This document shows positions 25,830-39,470 of a stretch of DNA of 64,000 nucleotides, piece by piece (positions within the stretch are counted from its first letter, which is position 1; each line of letters opens with the position of its first letter). The stretch comes from Hemiscyllium ocellatum (lineage: Eukaryota), in the NCBI RefSeq assembly GCF_020745735.1, contig NC_083404.1, forward strand, positions 58,651,731-58,715,730. Reading direction: 5' to 3'. The position numbers and the translations under genes are program-made. The notes beneath the pieces were generated by a model, which saw only the letters and a list, made by a program, of their open reading frames with translations, had not been told where the DNA came from and ran no database searches.

Positions 25830-26785
25830 GAGTGATAGTTGTATGGCATGGAAGCAGATCTTTTTGGTCCAGCCAGTCCATGCCGAACATAATCCCAAAC
25901 CAACCTAGTTCCACCTGTCTGCTCCTGGCCCATATCCATCCAAATATATCCTATACATGTACTGATCCAAGTGTCTTTTAAACATTGTAACCGCGCCCAC
26001 ATCTATCACTTCCTCAGGAAGTCCATTCCACATGTGAGCCACCTTTTTGTGTTTTATATTTAAAAAAAGCCCCCATGTCTTTTTAAAAAATATCTCTCTT
26101 CTCACCTTAAAAATATGTCCCCCAGTCTTGAAGTTCCCCATCCTAGAGAAAAGACATCTACCACTAACCCTTCAACAGCCCTCATAAGCCTTTATAAGGT
26201 CATCTCTCAACCTTCTACAGTCTAGTGAAAAAAGTCCAAACATTTCCATCCTTTCTTTATAACTCAAACCTTCCATACCCGGCAACATGTAAGCCACCTC
26301 TGAACCCTCTTGAGCTGAATAATATCCTCCCTAAAACAGGATGACAGAACTGGATACGCTGCACCAGAATAAGGCTCACCAATGTCCTATACAACTTCAA
26401 CATAACTTCCCAACTCCTATACTCAGAGGACTGAGCAATGAAGGTAAGTGTGCTAGACATGTTTTTAACCATCCTGTCCACCTGTGATGCAGACTTAAAA
26501 GAATTATGTATCAGAACCCCTTGGTCCCTCTGTTCTACAGGACTACACAGGCCCTAACATTAATTGTATAAGTCCTACCCCTGTTTGTTGTACCAAAATG
26601 CAGTACCTCACACTTATCAAAATTAAATTCTATCTGCCATTTTTCAACCCATTGACTGACTAATCAAGATCCTTTTGTAATCTTAGTAGACAGTAAAGAA
26701 GGTTTTCTATGCCACCAATTTTGTTGTCCACTAACTTTTGCCTTCTAAATTCTTATTCAAATCATTTACATTTCTGACAAGTAAG
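25830..26785 (-). mobile_element. CR1 LINE 3' part with an internal 20-bp micro-inversion
   Basis: ORFs 25905 and 26257 are CR1 C-terminal ('WNGLPEEV', 'EYRSWEVMLKLYRTLV'). Confidence 0.85.
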
Positions 26786-27339
26786 AGGACCGGTGGTTGA
26801 CTCTTAATTGCCCTATGATGTGGGTCCAGCAAGCCACTCAGTTAAGGGCAATCAGAGGTGGATAAATGATGGCCTTTTCAGCAAGGTCCACATCCCAAGA
26901 AAGCATAAATAAAATAATTATATATTAGAAATAGATGAGTGAGGAAAGAGGTCTACTCATGGAAAACTAATACAGTAAATGTCCTTGAAATTAGATTACT
27001 CTGCATTGTGGTTTTTAGTCATTCAGTAGCCTCCATGATATGGTGGACACTAAGCTTAGTGCTTATTACAAGCCGAAAGTGCACTATCCACCATATTAAA
27101 ATGACCAAACAAAAAAAAAATCAGCAAAATTCCAAAACGTATGCTTGTGCCTTTTTGCGTAAGAAAATAGCACCGATTATGGGTGCTTGGGTCACCTTCT
27201 ATGAAGCAGGTAGAGGCTTCTACCCTCGGGGAAAGTCAGGTCTAGGTGTGGCCAAATGGGCAATTGCAAAGTACAACCAACAAGGTAGGCTCTTTTTCTT
27301 AAAAAAAAGAAAATGTGCTTCATTGAATGTGGAGCAGAG

Positions 27340-28795
27340 AGGATAATGTTCAGAGAATGTAAGGCATTGGACAAGATTCCACATGATAGATTAGATTACT
27401 TAGTGTGGAAACAGGCCCTTCAGCTCAACTAGTCCACACTGACCCTCTGAAGAGCAACCCACCCAGACCCTTCACCTAACACTACGGGTAATTTAGCACG
27501 GCCAATTCATCTAACCTGCACATTTTTGGACTGTGGGAGGAAGCTGGAGCACCCGGAGGAAACCCAAGCAGACACTGGGAGAATGTGTAAACTCCACACA
27601 GACAGTTGCCTGCGGCGGGGATTGAACCCAGGTCTCTGGCGCTGTGAGACAGCAGTGCTAACCACTGTGCCACCATGCTGCCCATTAGTTAGATGAGTTA
27701 GTCAGATTACATGGAATACAAGGAGAACTAGCATTTGGATACAGATCTGGCTCAAAGGTAGGAGATGGAGGGTGTAGGTGGAGGGTTGTTTTTCAGACTG
27801 GAGGCCTGTGCCCAATGGTGTGCCACAAGGATCTGTGCTGAGTCCAATGCTTTTCATCATTTATATAAACGATTTGGATGTGAACATAGGAGGTATGGTT
27901 AGTAAGTTTGCAGATGACACCAAAATTGGAGGTGTAGTGGGCAGCCAAAAATGTTATCTCAGAGTACAACAGAATCTTGATTAGATGGGCCAATGAGTGG
28001 CAGCTACTTTAATTTAGATAAATGTGAGGTACTAAATTTTGGAAAGGCATATCAGGGCAGGACTTATACACTTAATGGTAACATCCTGGGGAGTGTTGCT
28101 GAATAAAGAGACCTTGGAGTGCAGAAATATAGTTCCTTGAGAGTTGCAGGGAGATAGGATAGTGAAGGTGTTTAGTATGTTGCCTTTCTTGGTCAGTGCA
28201 TTGAGTATAGGAGTTGAAAGATAATGTGGCTATGTAGGACATTGGTTTTGGAATACTGCTTTCAATTCTGGCCTCCCTGCTATAGGAAGGATGTTGTGAA
28301 ACCTGAAAGGGTTCAGAAAAGATATACAAAGATGTTGCTAGGGTTGGAAGGCCTGAGCTATAGGGAGAAGCTAAATAGGCTAGGACTGTTTTTCCCTGGA
28401 GCATCAGAGGCTGAGGGGTGACCTTATAGAAGTTTATAAAATCATGAGGGGCATGGATAGGGTGATTAGCCAAGGACTTTTCCCCAGGATGGAAGAATCC
28501 AGAACTAGAGGCATAGGTTTAAGGTGAGAGGGGAAAGATATAAAAGGGACCTATCATGTTTTCACGCAGAGGGTGGGGGTAGGTGTATGGAATGAGCTGC
28601 CAGAGGAAGTGGTGGAAGTTACTACAATTACAACATTTAAAAGGCATCTGGATGGGTAAATGAATTGGAACAGTTTAGAGGGATATGGGCCAAATATTGG
28701 TAAATGGTACTAGATTAATTTAGGATATCTGGTAGACATGGACAGGTTGGACTGAGGAGTCACATTTCCATGCTGTACAACTGACTCTATGACCT
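27340..28795 (+). mobile_element. CR1 LINE, RT to 3' end, interrupted by a V-SINE
   Basis: '[25 protein letters not shown]...SKFADDTK'; 3' tail to 'gactctatgac'. Confidence 0.9.
27390..27683 (-). mobile_element. Full-length tRNA-derived V-SINE (HE1-like)
   Basis: A box TGGCACAGTGG, B box GGTTCAATCC, V domain 'TGTGTGGAGTTT.CAC.TTCTCCC.GTGTCTGC.TGGGTTTCCTCCGGGTGCTCC', CR1-like tail. Confidence 0.9.
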
Positions 28796-30209
28796 GTTCT
28801 CAGTTTTGTAAAGTAGTCTCGATCACTCAGCTGAAATTTCACATCCTGATTCCTGGGTTGTTGCAGACCCAATCTAAGGCTTGTAAGGTTTTGGAGCAGT
28901 GAATACCCTGAATAGGTAGTGGAATTTCAAAAATAGCTAATGTGTCATATGTAAACTAAATAGAATGAAAGAGTATACAACCTGTGCAGAGTGATCCATG
29001 AGAGTGAAGACATGTTTAACATGAAGTATGCTAATCTCCACAGCCTGTGACAACATTATTTTGCTCTCTAGTTGAAGTGTTACGGACAGCTCATCGTCTA
29101 CCACCCTTCCCCCTCACCTGCTCCTCCACCTTTCACCCTGCTCAGGATATTGGTTCAAGAATATCCTGTACAGCTTCATAACCTCTGCACAGAAATTATA
29201 GCCTTTGTTACATTAAACTCTGCCTTTTCTTGGTCTCTGATTATTTATGTTTTTCCAGCAAGAGACAGAATTAAAGCTATGCCAATTAAATCTATAAGGG
29301 TTCTGTGCGTTATTCTCAAAGTATCAGTATTAGAAGATGGTTTACATAAGGCAGTGACAAAAGACAGGATTGGGATGGTTTTTGGAAGAAGCAAAGGACA
29401 AAAAAATACTCTATCTTTGCTTCTTGCTTTGAGACAATTTTTAACATCTAATACCGTGGTATCTCTCTCTTTTTAGATTCTCTAAATCCTGTAAGTTAAT
29501 AAAAATGTTTGTCTATTTTAAGATCTGTACATGTGAATGCACATACAGTAATGTAAGAGAAACCCTGGAACTCTGAGGTTTTTTGGGGTGGGGTGGAAGA
29601 GATGATTTCTGTTTGTATATAGTGAAAGTATATACTTACGATTTCACTCTAAGTAAACTTCCTATTTGCTTCTGCAGAAACGTTGAAGTAGTTGTGTTTA
29701 TGATTGAAAAAAGAAACAGGGGACTGTTCAGTGTGTTGCACCTGTGCTAACCCTCTGAAACACATCTATTTTGTCCGACTGTGCTGCCTACCCTGCTCTC
29801 CTCACGTGTGACACCTTTTTAAAATCAAATTTCTCTTGAAAATATTTGAAATATTTGTCCATTTGCAAGTTGAAATGGAATTCTTCGTGCCCCCCCCCCC
29901 CAAAAAAAATTCTGTTTCAATCAAGTATCAAGAGCATATGGCAAATCTAATGAAAGCACATCTCAGTTCAAAGCTACAAGTTAACAATGAATCACTCAAA
30001 TTTCACCTGATAAAACAGGAGATGGAATTTTGCCAGTTCTTGATTCAGTTAAGATTGCCTGAAAAGTGCATCTTTTTTGAAAGAAGCCAATAACACTCAC
30101 ATCACTCACATGATTTAATGTCCAGGAATTCATCAAAGTCCTTTCACAGAAATATAAACAAAGAACAGTGTCAGGCCAAAGAGTGAATATCAGTATTGGT
30201 CAAAAAATG

Positions 30210-30432
30210 GGTGTCAAAGTGTGGTGCTGGAAAAGCGCAGCCGGTCAGGCAGTATCAGAGAAACAGGAGAGTTGACATTTCGTGCATGAGCTGTTCATCA
30301 GGAAGAGCTCTTGATGACTAGCTCATGCTCAATGTTGACTCTCCTGCTTCTTGGATGCTGCCTGACTAGCTGTACTTTTTTCAGCACACTTTTCAAATCT
30401 GATCTCCAACATCTGCAGTCCTCACTTCCTCC
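30210..30432. mobile_element. Decayed fold-back PLE derivative with two degenerate hammerhead cores
   Basis: Inverted arms centred on 'caggaagagctcttg'; tail 'catctgcagtcctcactt' on the right side only. Confidence 0.75.
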
Positions 30433-32921
30433 CAAAAAAAAAGACGGTGAAAAGGAACAGAGGGTCAGTAGAGTGATTAGTCACAAAGTCCTCAGTGACT
30501 CTGACTAAAATGTTGAGAGCTGAAGGCATAGTCATCATTGCTTGGGGATGGGGTGGGAAAGGAAATTGGACTCATGCAAGAAACTGAAATGGATGGAATG
30601 CTTAACCCCTGGAGGTTGTAGAGTTGAAGGAGACTACAGAAATAGACAAGGACAAGGCTATAAAAACATTTGAGCTCAATATTAAAATGCAAGAATTTTT
30701 GAATGGAAAGTAATGCTGGTCAATGAGCACTGGGGTTCTGGATTTGGTTTAAGTTAAGATATAGGCAACTGAGTTCGGCCTGTACTGAAATCTTAGACTG
30801 GTAGTAAGAAACTGAGATGAAATTCGATATGAACAATGTTACAGATGGTGAAGTAAGTAATATCTGTGATGAAGAGAAGCTCAGTTGGTGTTGCTGAGAT
30901 TACAAACTCGAGTTTCAAACTGACTCAGTGACTGGGTTGGGGGAGCTGGATTCGGAGGTAAGGTTCTGGCTGTGTCATTTCATTGTAATCCAGAAAAGAT
31001 GGGGACTTGTTTTAAATATCAGAGGAGAAACAGCATGGGCTTTGGCCCAGAGTATGTACATAAATAATTGCAGGCCATAGTGCATGAGAATGTAACAGAG
31101 CCTTGAGAAAATGTCTTTATTGTAAGAATGAATTCCAAGGGTGTGTGTGTTTTTACAAATGATACTTTAATAAGATTTAGATACAAGTAGAAAATGTGCC
31201 AATTTTTTAAAAAAAGTTAGGATTTCTTGTGCAATACGAATCAGAGTGACTCATTTTAGAAGGAAAAATGAGACCATGCATAGGGAACTAAAAGATTACA
31301 TTTAAAAGTGGATGCAGGAACAGAAAGACCTGGGGTTTGCATATGCAAAGCTTTAAAGATTGGGACAAGTTGATAAAGCAGTTAAGAACACATGCAGATC
31401 CTTAGAATAAGGCAGACATAAAGTACAAAAGCAAAGAAATTATTGTAAACTTTGTAAATCACTGGTTAGGCCTTAGCCAAAATATTGATCTGGATATTTC
31501 TGGTTAGGTGATTGGGAGACCTTTGCAAGCACCAACACAAACCCTACTCCAGGAATTTTGACCATATTTCTAGCATTTCAGATTTTCAGGAGTGTTTGTT
31601 TTTAAAATGCACAGGCTGCTTCGGGTCTGACTGGCCAGCTCCATTGCATGGATTAGAATCCCCTTATCCTCAAAAATGTTTGTTTGAGTCAGGCCAGCTT
31701 TTCAAGGACTTGTAGTTCACAGGACCTCAAAATTGTGAACCATAGTATGCATGAGGGAACCTACCTAAAGGTCCTTATGTTCCCTAGGCATTCCCATATC
31801 CACTTCTGACTGTATAGTATATAAAGCAGTTAATAATATCATGAAAAGTGAACATGTATCATAGCCATTTTTTCTGAAAAAAACTCATTGCTTTCCACTT
31901 TGTTTTAAAAGAAAATCACTTGACATTTTATTTGGCCTACAGTGGATCATTCAGATCCTTTCAAAGTATCAGTAGCAGAAATTGTCAGTGCTTGACATCT
32001 TTCAAACTTGTTTAAATAAACATTGACTGAAGAGATCAGAGAACCAAAGCTGTCAATCAAGTAACTTTTCCTCAGTGGCTCAAGTTGTTACTTTTCAAAC
32101 GGGAATTAGATTTTGGGATTGAAGCAAGATATGGGTGTGTCTAGCTAGGTCAGTGCATATTGTCCCTCCCTAGTTGCCCTTGAGAAGATGGTGAATTGTA
32201 TTTAACAGCTGTGGTTCATTTGGTGTATGTGGAATCACGGTGCTTTTCAGGGCGGAAATTTATGGATGTTGACCCAGTGATGCTGAAGGAATGGTGATAT
32301 GTTTCTAAGTTAGGATGGTGAGTAGCTTGGAGGGGAACTTTTGAGGTGGTGATGTCCTCATGTATCTGCTGCCCTTGTCTTTCTAGATGGCAATGGTTGT
32401 GAGTTTGGAGGGCACTGTTTAAAGAGTTTGGTGAATTTCTTGGTGAATGATTAAAATATTTGAAAAGGGGAAATTTCAAAGCTATGAGAGAGGACAAGGG
32501 AGTGGGGCTAATTGGCTAACATTTCAAAGCATTGGCACAGAATATCTGCTCAACTGCCTGTGCTCTTTGATTTATGAGTATGACTGACTTTACAATTGGG
32601 CTTGAAATAGAGCAAAGCTATTCAATAAACAAGGATTTGGCCAATCCTAGTCAACTCTGAAGGCACAAGAAAGGATTGTTTGGGATAATTATGTGGATAT
32701 CTAAATCTCCAGTGAAATCTATTTTGTTAAAGAAACTAATTGATTCAAAACAAATATGGTAAAAAGAAATTTATATTTGGACTGATACAACACCAGTTTG
32801 AAAGTGATTCTCGATGAATCAGAAGAAAAGCTGAATGATGGTAGAGGGAGCATGACACAATAACAAGAGAAAACCAACTCCCAAATAAGGAAGGCAAAGA
32901 ATGGCAATATCCTATCTCAAT

Positions 32922-33095
32922 AAAATGTGCAGCTGGAAAAATACAGCATGTCAGACAACATCAGAGGAACAGGAAAGTTGACGTTTATGGTCAGGACCCT
33001 TTGTTAGTCCTGATGAAGGATCCTGACCTGAAACGTCTACTTTCCTGCTTCTCTGATGATGTTTGACCAGCTGTGTTTTCCAGCTATACATTTTA
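32922..33095. mobile_element. Decayed fold-back PLE derivative; hammerhead core at 33006-33041 (+)
   Basis: Inverted arms; agtc-CTGATGA-aggatcctgacct-GAAA-CGTC-tact. Confidence 0.75.
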
Positions 33096-35269
33096 TCCAC
33101 TCTGCACTCCCTACTCTCTCCAAGCAATATGCTGTATTTGGTTCTTTACTCCCAAAGTGTTTTTCTCTCAGTCTGTCACTCAGATCAATTTCCCATGCAA
33201 ACTTTTACCCTATTGCTCCAATGTGTCTTTACCTAATCAAAATCTAGGCTGTTTTTCATCAGATCTGTGGTTCTAACCAGAAATCCACTTCGTTGTCTTC
33301 ATTATACTTGTGGAAGATTGAGGAATAAAAATTTCCCCAGACTGTGTTTATGAATTATCATCAGCTATTAATTGGGTGTTTCAATATTGCCTTCACATGA
33401 GTTACACACCCCATAGTGCATCAACTTATAATATAAGAAGGGGCATGTGATAAATGATGAGAGATTGATGGCACTTCTGAGTCTTTGATTTATCCAGATT
33501 ATGAAAATCAACAAGCATTCAGAGACTTATCTGAATCTACAATTCTTAAGGTTACTCCTGAGCTTTCTGAGAAAGATTTCTAAGTAAGCTTAATGTCCCA
33601 GCTGAGTGGATGATTCCTCGAACCTGACTCCTAATGGTGTTTTATTTCCAAAGTTCCAGGAACAGCAGAACTAATTCAGCTGCATCTTGGCACTCTTCCG
33701 CCTTAAACATCAGTAAAGCATGCCATTAGTACTACAACATATGTTGTATTTCCTGTCTGTATCATTCTTATCCAAAAACTTTTTCCCTGGAATTCTGTTC
33801 CTTGCATGTAAAACTTTGAATTCAATGACTGTAGTCACTGTGAAGCAAAGATACTGTAATACTCTGAAAATGTAGGAAAGCTGTTACTTATTGATATTTG
33901 TTCTGTGCTGTTAGTGCAAAGACAAAACAAAATGTTTAACTGGATCATTTACAGTGTCTTGGTGTGGTGTGGAGGAAATGGCTAGAAAATACCCACTATT
34001 CAGGCTTCTAAATACCCACTTTGGAAAAGGGAGACTATTTCACTGATTATTAGGTACAGGGAATGTGCCTGTTTGAGATTTAACTCAAAGTAGATGGTCA
34101 GCTTGTGTGGAAAAAAAAACATGACTTGCCATAGCTCTTTAAGTAACATCTGTTCAAACCCTCGAGTTAGGTCTGAACATTTCAAACTCTGCCTAATAAA
34201 AAGGGATGCAATTATTTTTTGACAGAATTAAGCAGATTGTCTGAAAAGTGCACCTTTTGAAAGGAACTGTAATCTGAAACCTGCATTTATATAAGCACCT
34301 GAAACATAAGCATTCAATGTGCTTCACTGAAAAGTAATCAGGCAATGTATTAGGAATGTATGAAAACTTTAGACAAGTAAGTGAGAGAGAGGGAGGAGGA
34401 GTTTGGGGGTGGGTAGAAAAATAATCCAGAGCCTAGACAATGGAGGAGACAGAAGCCAATGGATAGTGTTAGCAAGTAAAGGAAAGAATTGCGGATTGTT
34501 TTGGCTGGATATGGTTACTGGGGACTGGTGAGGCCATGAACTAATTTTAGAATGGAAGTTATGAACATAGATTGAAAAGGTTGAGACTATTTGTTTTTTT
34601 TCCCTGGAGAATAGAAGGCTAAATGGAAATTCGTCTGAAGTTGTTTTTAAAATCATGAGAGGTCAGGAAAAAGTAGACAGGGAGAAACTGCTCCTGCTCC
34701 TAAATGGATCCAGAATGGCATGGTGCAGGTTTAAAATACTTGATATCATTTTAAGATCTGAAATTCACTAGCAATATTTCTATTTAAATGACCTAATGTG
34801 TGGGGTTTAGGTAAAGGGTGGAAAAATGGCACTAAGTCATAATGCTCATTTGGAGAGACAATGCAGACATAATGGGCCAAAGAGCCTCTTTTTGCACCAT
34901 CATAATCCTGTGCTGCTGTGTCTGGCTTCTAGTATAGGTGAGAATGCACCGAGGCAGAGTTCGGGACGGGAGGGGTACGGCAGTGGCCCAAGGCTGTAGG
35001 GGTCCCCACTGCCTGGGTAGAAGGTCTGGGCCCAGAGCAGCATCAGGGTCAATTATTTCTATCCCTGCTTATACTTACAGGTGATAGATAAGTAAGATTT
35101 TCAGCAAGTTAGGGTGTGTACAGCAGGACTCTTGATGAATGAGAGTTTAGGAAGTTGGAGATTGGGAGATGGCCAACCAGGATATGTTTCAGAATAGTTG
35201 GGTCTGAGGAAGAGAGGCATAAGTGAAGGCTTCTGCAGCATGTGGACTGGGACACTAGCAGTGCTGTTT

Positions 35270-36165
35270 GAGAAAGTTTAAGAAGGGTAGCAGGGATAAT
35301 CCAGGAAATTACAGACCTGTGAGCCTCACGGTAGTGGTAGGGAAATTATAAGAATAGATGCTCTGGGATGAGATCTATACACATTTCAAAGCAAATGGAC
35401 TTATTACCAATTGACAGCATGGTTTTATGTGAGGAAGGTTGTGCCTCACTAACTTGATTTAAGATTTTTGAAGAGGTGACAAAGGTGATTGAGGGCAATG
35501 TAGTGAATGTTATCTACGTGGACTTTACTAAAGCCTTTGATAAGGTCCTTTGTGACAGACCAGTACAAAAGGTTGAAGTCACGTGTTATGGGAGGGTGGG
35601 GTGAGCTGGCAAGATGGATATAGAACTGGCTTAGTCATAAGTGCCATGATATGGAGGTGCCAGTGTTGGACTAGGGTGGACAAGGTCAGAAGTCTCACGA
35701 CACCAGGTTATAGTCCTACAAGTTTATTTGAAATCACGAGCTTTAGGAAGACTGCTCCTTTGCCAGGTGAAGCCCTTAGTCATAGGAGACGAGGGTAACG
35801 GTGGAAGGACACTTCAGAATGGAAGGTTATGACTAGTGGCATTCTGTAGGGATCAGTGCTGGGACTACTGCTATTTGTGGTCTACATAAATGACATGGCT
35901 GGTCTAATTAGTAAGTTTTCGGATGATACAAAGATTGGGGGATTTGTGTATAGTGAGAAGGATTGCCAGACGATACAGCTGGACATAACCAGTTGGAAGC
36001 ATGGGCAGAAAAATGACAGATGGAGTTTAAAACAAATGTGAGGTGATACATTTTGGAAGGTCATGTACAGGTGGAAATTATGTAGTGAATGGCAGAACCC
36101 TTATGAGTACTGATATGCAGAGGAATACTGAAGGTGGCAGTGCAGATAGAAGTAATTTAAAAAAA
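35270..36165 (+). mobile_element. CR1 LINE RT fragment with a PLE pLTR piece inserted at 35640-35774
   Basis: 'NPGNYRPVSLT', 'DF.KAFDKV', 'SKFSDDTK'; the insert has 10-bp TSD cttagtcata (35630-35639 / 35775-35784). Confidence 0.82.
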
Positions 36166-36174
36166 AGAGCTTGT

Positions 36175-36311
36175 ATATCTTTGAACTGTGGGGAAAACCC
36201 ACACAGACACAGGAGAATATGCAAACTCCACACAGACAGGCACCTTAGGGTGGAATCAAACCTGGGTCCCTGGAGCTGAGGTAGCAGTGCTAACCACTGA
36301 GACACCATGCT
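36175..36311 (-). mobile_element. V-SINE 5' fragment
   Basis: tRNA head plus V domain on the minus strand. Confidence 0.75.
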
Positions 36312-37984
36312 GAATGTATATTTCATTTGCTGGCTTTTGCCCTGATGATTCCAGTGGCCCTAAAGTTTGGACAAGACTATGTTTTTAGCATTTTGCCTCA
36401 TTGATCTATCTAAATTGGAAAGGAAAACTCTCTAATAGCACTGCCACACTCAATGTAAAGGATAGGTGAATTTAAACTATGTATGTGATCATTAGAGCTC
36501 CATCATATGGACTGTGAAGGTCAAATACACAAATGTCTCATCTTTTCTAACCTTTCTGTTTCTAAGTAAAACTGTGAACAACATGTGTTTCGTAAGTGTT
36601 GTCTCATATTTTCTGTTTTAAAAATTGTAATGGTCATGTCTGTCTGAATCCATATGACTCATGTAAGGGCTATCCTGCAATATATTTACTGAACGCTACA
36701 GGGATTTTTATTTTAAGGATTTTTTTTGTTCGAAGTTCAATTCAGGTTAGTTCAGATTGTCAAGGTGGGGTTGGGGGTTGGTGAATTTGCTGAAATTAAG
36801 GCAGTGTGAACTGGTTTCACCGCAAATTGAAATTGGTTCAGTGTTTTGCCGCAATTTATGGGCAAACTCACTGTGTCAACACATTTGCTTGTGAATTGAT
36901 TCAAAAACAATGGAGGTTCTATGTAAGCTTGATAGCTCATTGCTGGCATGTGTTCCGAAGTAGCTGGAGAGTTTCGTGCAGTCAGCCCCAGAAGCTGTGG
37001 GGGAGGTAAGACACTGAAGAGAGAAATGCTGTGTGATGACAGATGCTTTATTTTTCCATGAATTTCGCAAAGAAATTGCTGTTCATTTTACATTCTACCA
37101 CTTGGAAAAAATATGGCTTGTTCAAACTTAGCAATGATCCCGTTACCAAACTGGGTTTTATGTTGGACTTAAATTATTTATAGGTTTTACTTCAGAAAGG
37201 ATGTACTGCAGCAACACCCATGCACCTTTTGGATGTTACCATATTGCTTGGCTTGCTACAACACAGTTTCCTTACTGTCTGAACATTGTGTTTCATAACA
37301 AATGTTAGTTATTGCCAAGCATCTGCTATCTATTTCTAGTCACTTCATGTCTGGTTTGGTTGCAAGCCAGTTTTCATGTCTTAATGCCTGGGATTTTGTT
37401 CTTTTCAAGCTAGTTCCAAATTTCCTCCTTAAACAGATGCATTTTATCAGCAAAAACCATAATTTCTATTCTTTATGACTTGATTTTAAATTAGCAATCA
37501 ATCTCTGTAGATATAGATGATAATTTGACTGATTTTTAATGAAGTGGATAATTGCTACTAATTCATTAGTCACCTTTCTTGGCTCCCTGTTCCAATCTGT
37601 CAGAGTCTCATACCCTGATTCGAATAGCATACACAGCAATGAGAGAAGCTCATTCTGTTGTGGGTAGGAACATTTTGCATCATATTCTGAAATGTCAGCA
37701 TTGTTCAGTCACAGCATTCAAACCTCTTCAAGAGGATTCAAGTCGCATTTCAGGGGTTTTCAGTTTGTAATCTAAATTAACATTTCACTGAGGGATGAAT
37801 GCTATGCTGATAAAGATGCTGTCTTTTTTGGAATAAACTGAATCCCCGTCAACTAGGTGAACTTTGTGGCCCCACAGTTTGGACAAGGTTCTTTCAGCAC
37901 TTTAGAATTTGCATATTGCTGGGAAGAGACAGACTTTGACAGATTTTTGTCTTGTGTTCATGATAACTTTTGATTCTATGAATA

Positions 37985-38625
37985 TTGAAAGAATTCCTAT
38001 AGCATGGAAGAAGGCCATTTGGTCCTTTTGGGTTCACACAGCTGCCGATTCTCCAAAGAGCATCCCACCCAGACCCACATCCCCTAACCTTTTCCTGTAA
38101 CCTTGCATTTTCAATGGCTAATCTATCTGGCCTACATAGCCCTAGAAATTATGGTATAGTTAGCATGGTCAGTCCACCAACCTGCACATCTTTGGACTAT
38201 GGGAGGAAACCCACGCAGATGTGGGGAGAATGCATAAGCTCCACATACACGGTTGCCTGATGGTGGATTTGAACCCAGGTCCCTGGCACTGAGGCAGCAG
38301 TGCTAACCACTTGGCCACTGTGGATGTGGGAGTTGCTGGCTTGGCCAGAATTCATTGTTCATCCCTAATTGCCTAAGGGGGCAGTTAAGAGTCAACCTGC
38401 TGTAGATCAGGAATCTCATATAGTCCCAACCAGCTCCCGAAAGGATGTTACTAAACCAGACGGGTTTTTCTGGACAATTTACAAATTGTCATTATTAAAC
38501 TCTCTTAAGTCCACATTTAAATTGAATTCAAATTCCACCATGGAGAGATTTGAACCCAGGTTCCCAGAATCTTACCCAGGTCTTTGAATTAAGAGTCTAA
38601 CGATAATACCACAACGCCATCACCA
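37985..38625 (-). mobile_element. V-SINE (about 37985-38322) next to a tRNA-SINE of the second family (about 38325-38625)
   Basis: V domain and tRNA head; the second element has 'tttgaacccag' (antisense B box) and a 'catccctaattgcc' tail shared with 52925-53262, and resembles 46480-46795. Confidence 0.75.
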
Positions 38626-39199
38626 TCTAGTTTTCACTGTACCTGTCACTGAAAACTCAAACAGCCCTAAGGCAGTTATTCTTAGTCCTGAAGAGTGCCC
38701 AGCATATCTCTGATTATTCTGCAAGTGTTATGGTATCTCAAAGTTTGATTAACAGATGAAAACTGCCTGATTCAATCTGATACCATACGGCAACCACACC
38801 AATGGCGTTTGCCACTAACAGGATGCTGCCACCAAGCCAAAATACATTCTGCCTATCACAAGGATTAAGTAACATGGTATATGAATTTAGGTGCCTGGTA
38901 TGTAGGCTGTAGGTCCAAAGACAGGGGTTTCGTAACAAACTACATGCTTATCGCAAGCAGCTAATGGGCAAGGCACTGACCAACCTGCACTTTCAAAATT
39001 CATAACATACTATCTCAAATTGGATGTATTTCTGTATTAGGACAACATTTGGGGCTCGATAATCCTGCCTGTGTATGGAATTGCATTAACAACCAATTTA
39101 GTTTTGTCAGTTGGGCTTACAATATGGCACTGTTAGGTATACTGGAAGCTGCATATATTAAGACATGGGGCCCTTTTTTTTTTCAGATAGAATGTGTAC

Positions 39200-39470
39200 A
39201 TGCACAATGATGTTTTGAACCAACAAAACAAGTGACAGCTCTATGCTAGTTTATTGCTCAAGGCAATGACCTGACCAATCAGATTTAAATTTAAATAAAG
39301 CCAAGCTGTTAAATGGATACATTGTTCATCGCAAAGCCCCTACTGATCAGTCATTTGACAACTGATCAGTGGTCTTCTCTCATGCAGTATTCATGATTTT
39401 CCCACTGAATTGGTATTCTTGCAAATGTCCTGATGAGTAAGAGATGAAAAGCTTGACAAAATCTGAACAA
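39200..39470 (+). mobile_element. Probable pLTR of a fourth PLE family, degenerate hammerhead at 39426-39458
   Basis: TGTC-CTGATGA-gtaagagat-GAAA-AGCTT-GACA: perfect 4-bp stem I, weak stem II. Confidence 0.5.

Noticed and set aside
27610-27683. tRNA genes at the SINE heads (also about 54530-54597 and 36250-36311)
   Set aside because: A/B boxes run straight into the V domain and LINE-like tail, so these are SINEs.
32712-32760. 'VKSILLKKLID' as the KKLxxFELPY exon
   Set aside because: Superficial match only; the real exon is 23166-23253.
36790-37012. Extra exon ending at the GAG|GTAAG donor near 37005
   Set aside because: No convincing acceptor and no SNX similarity; the six exons already splice in frame without it.
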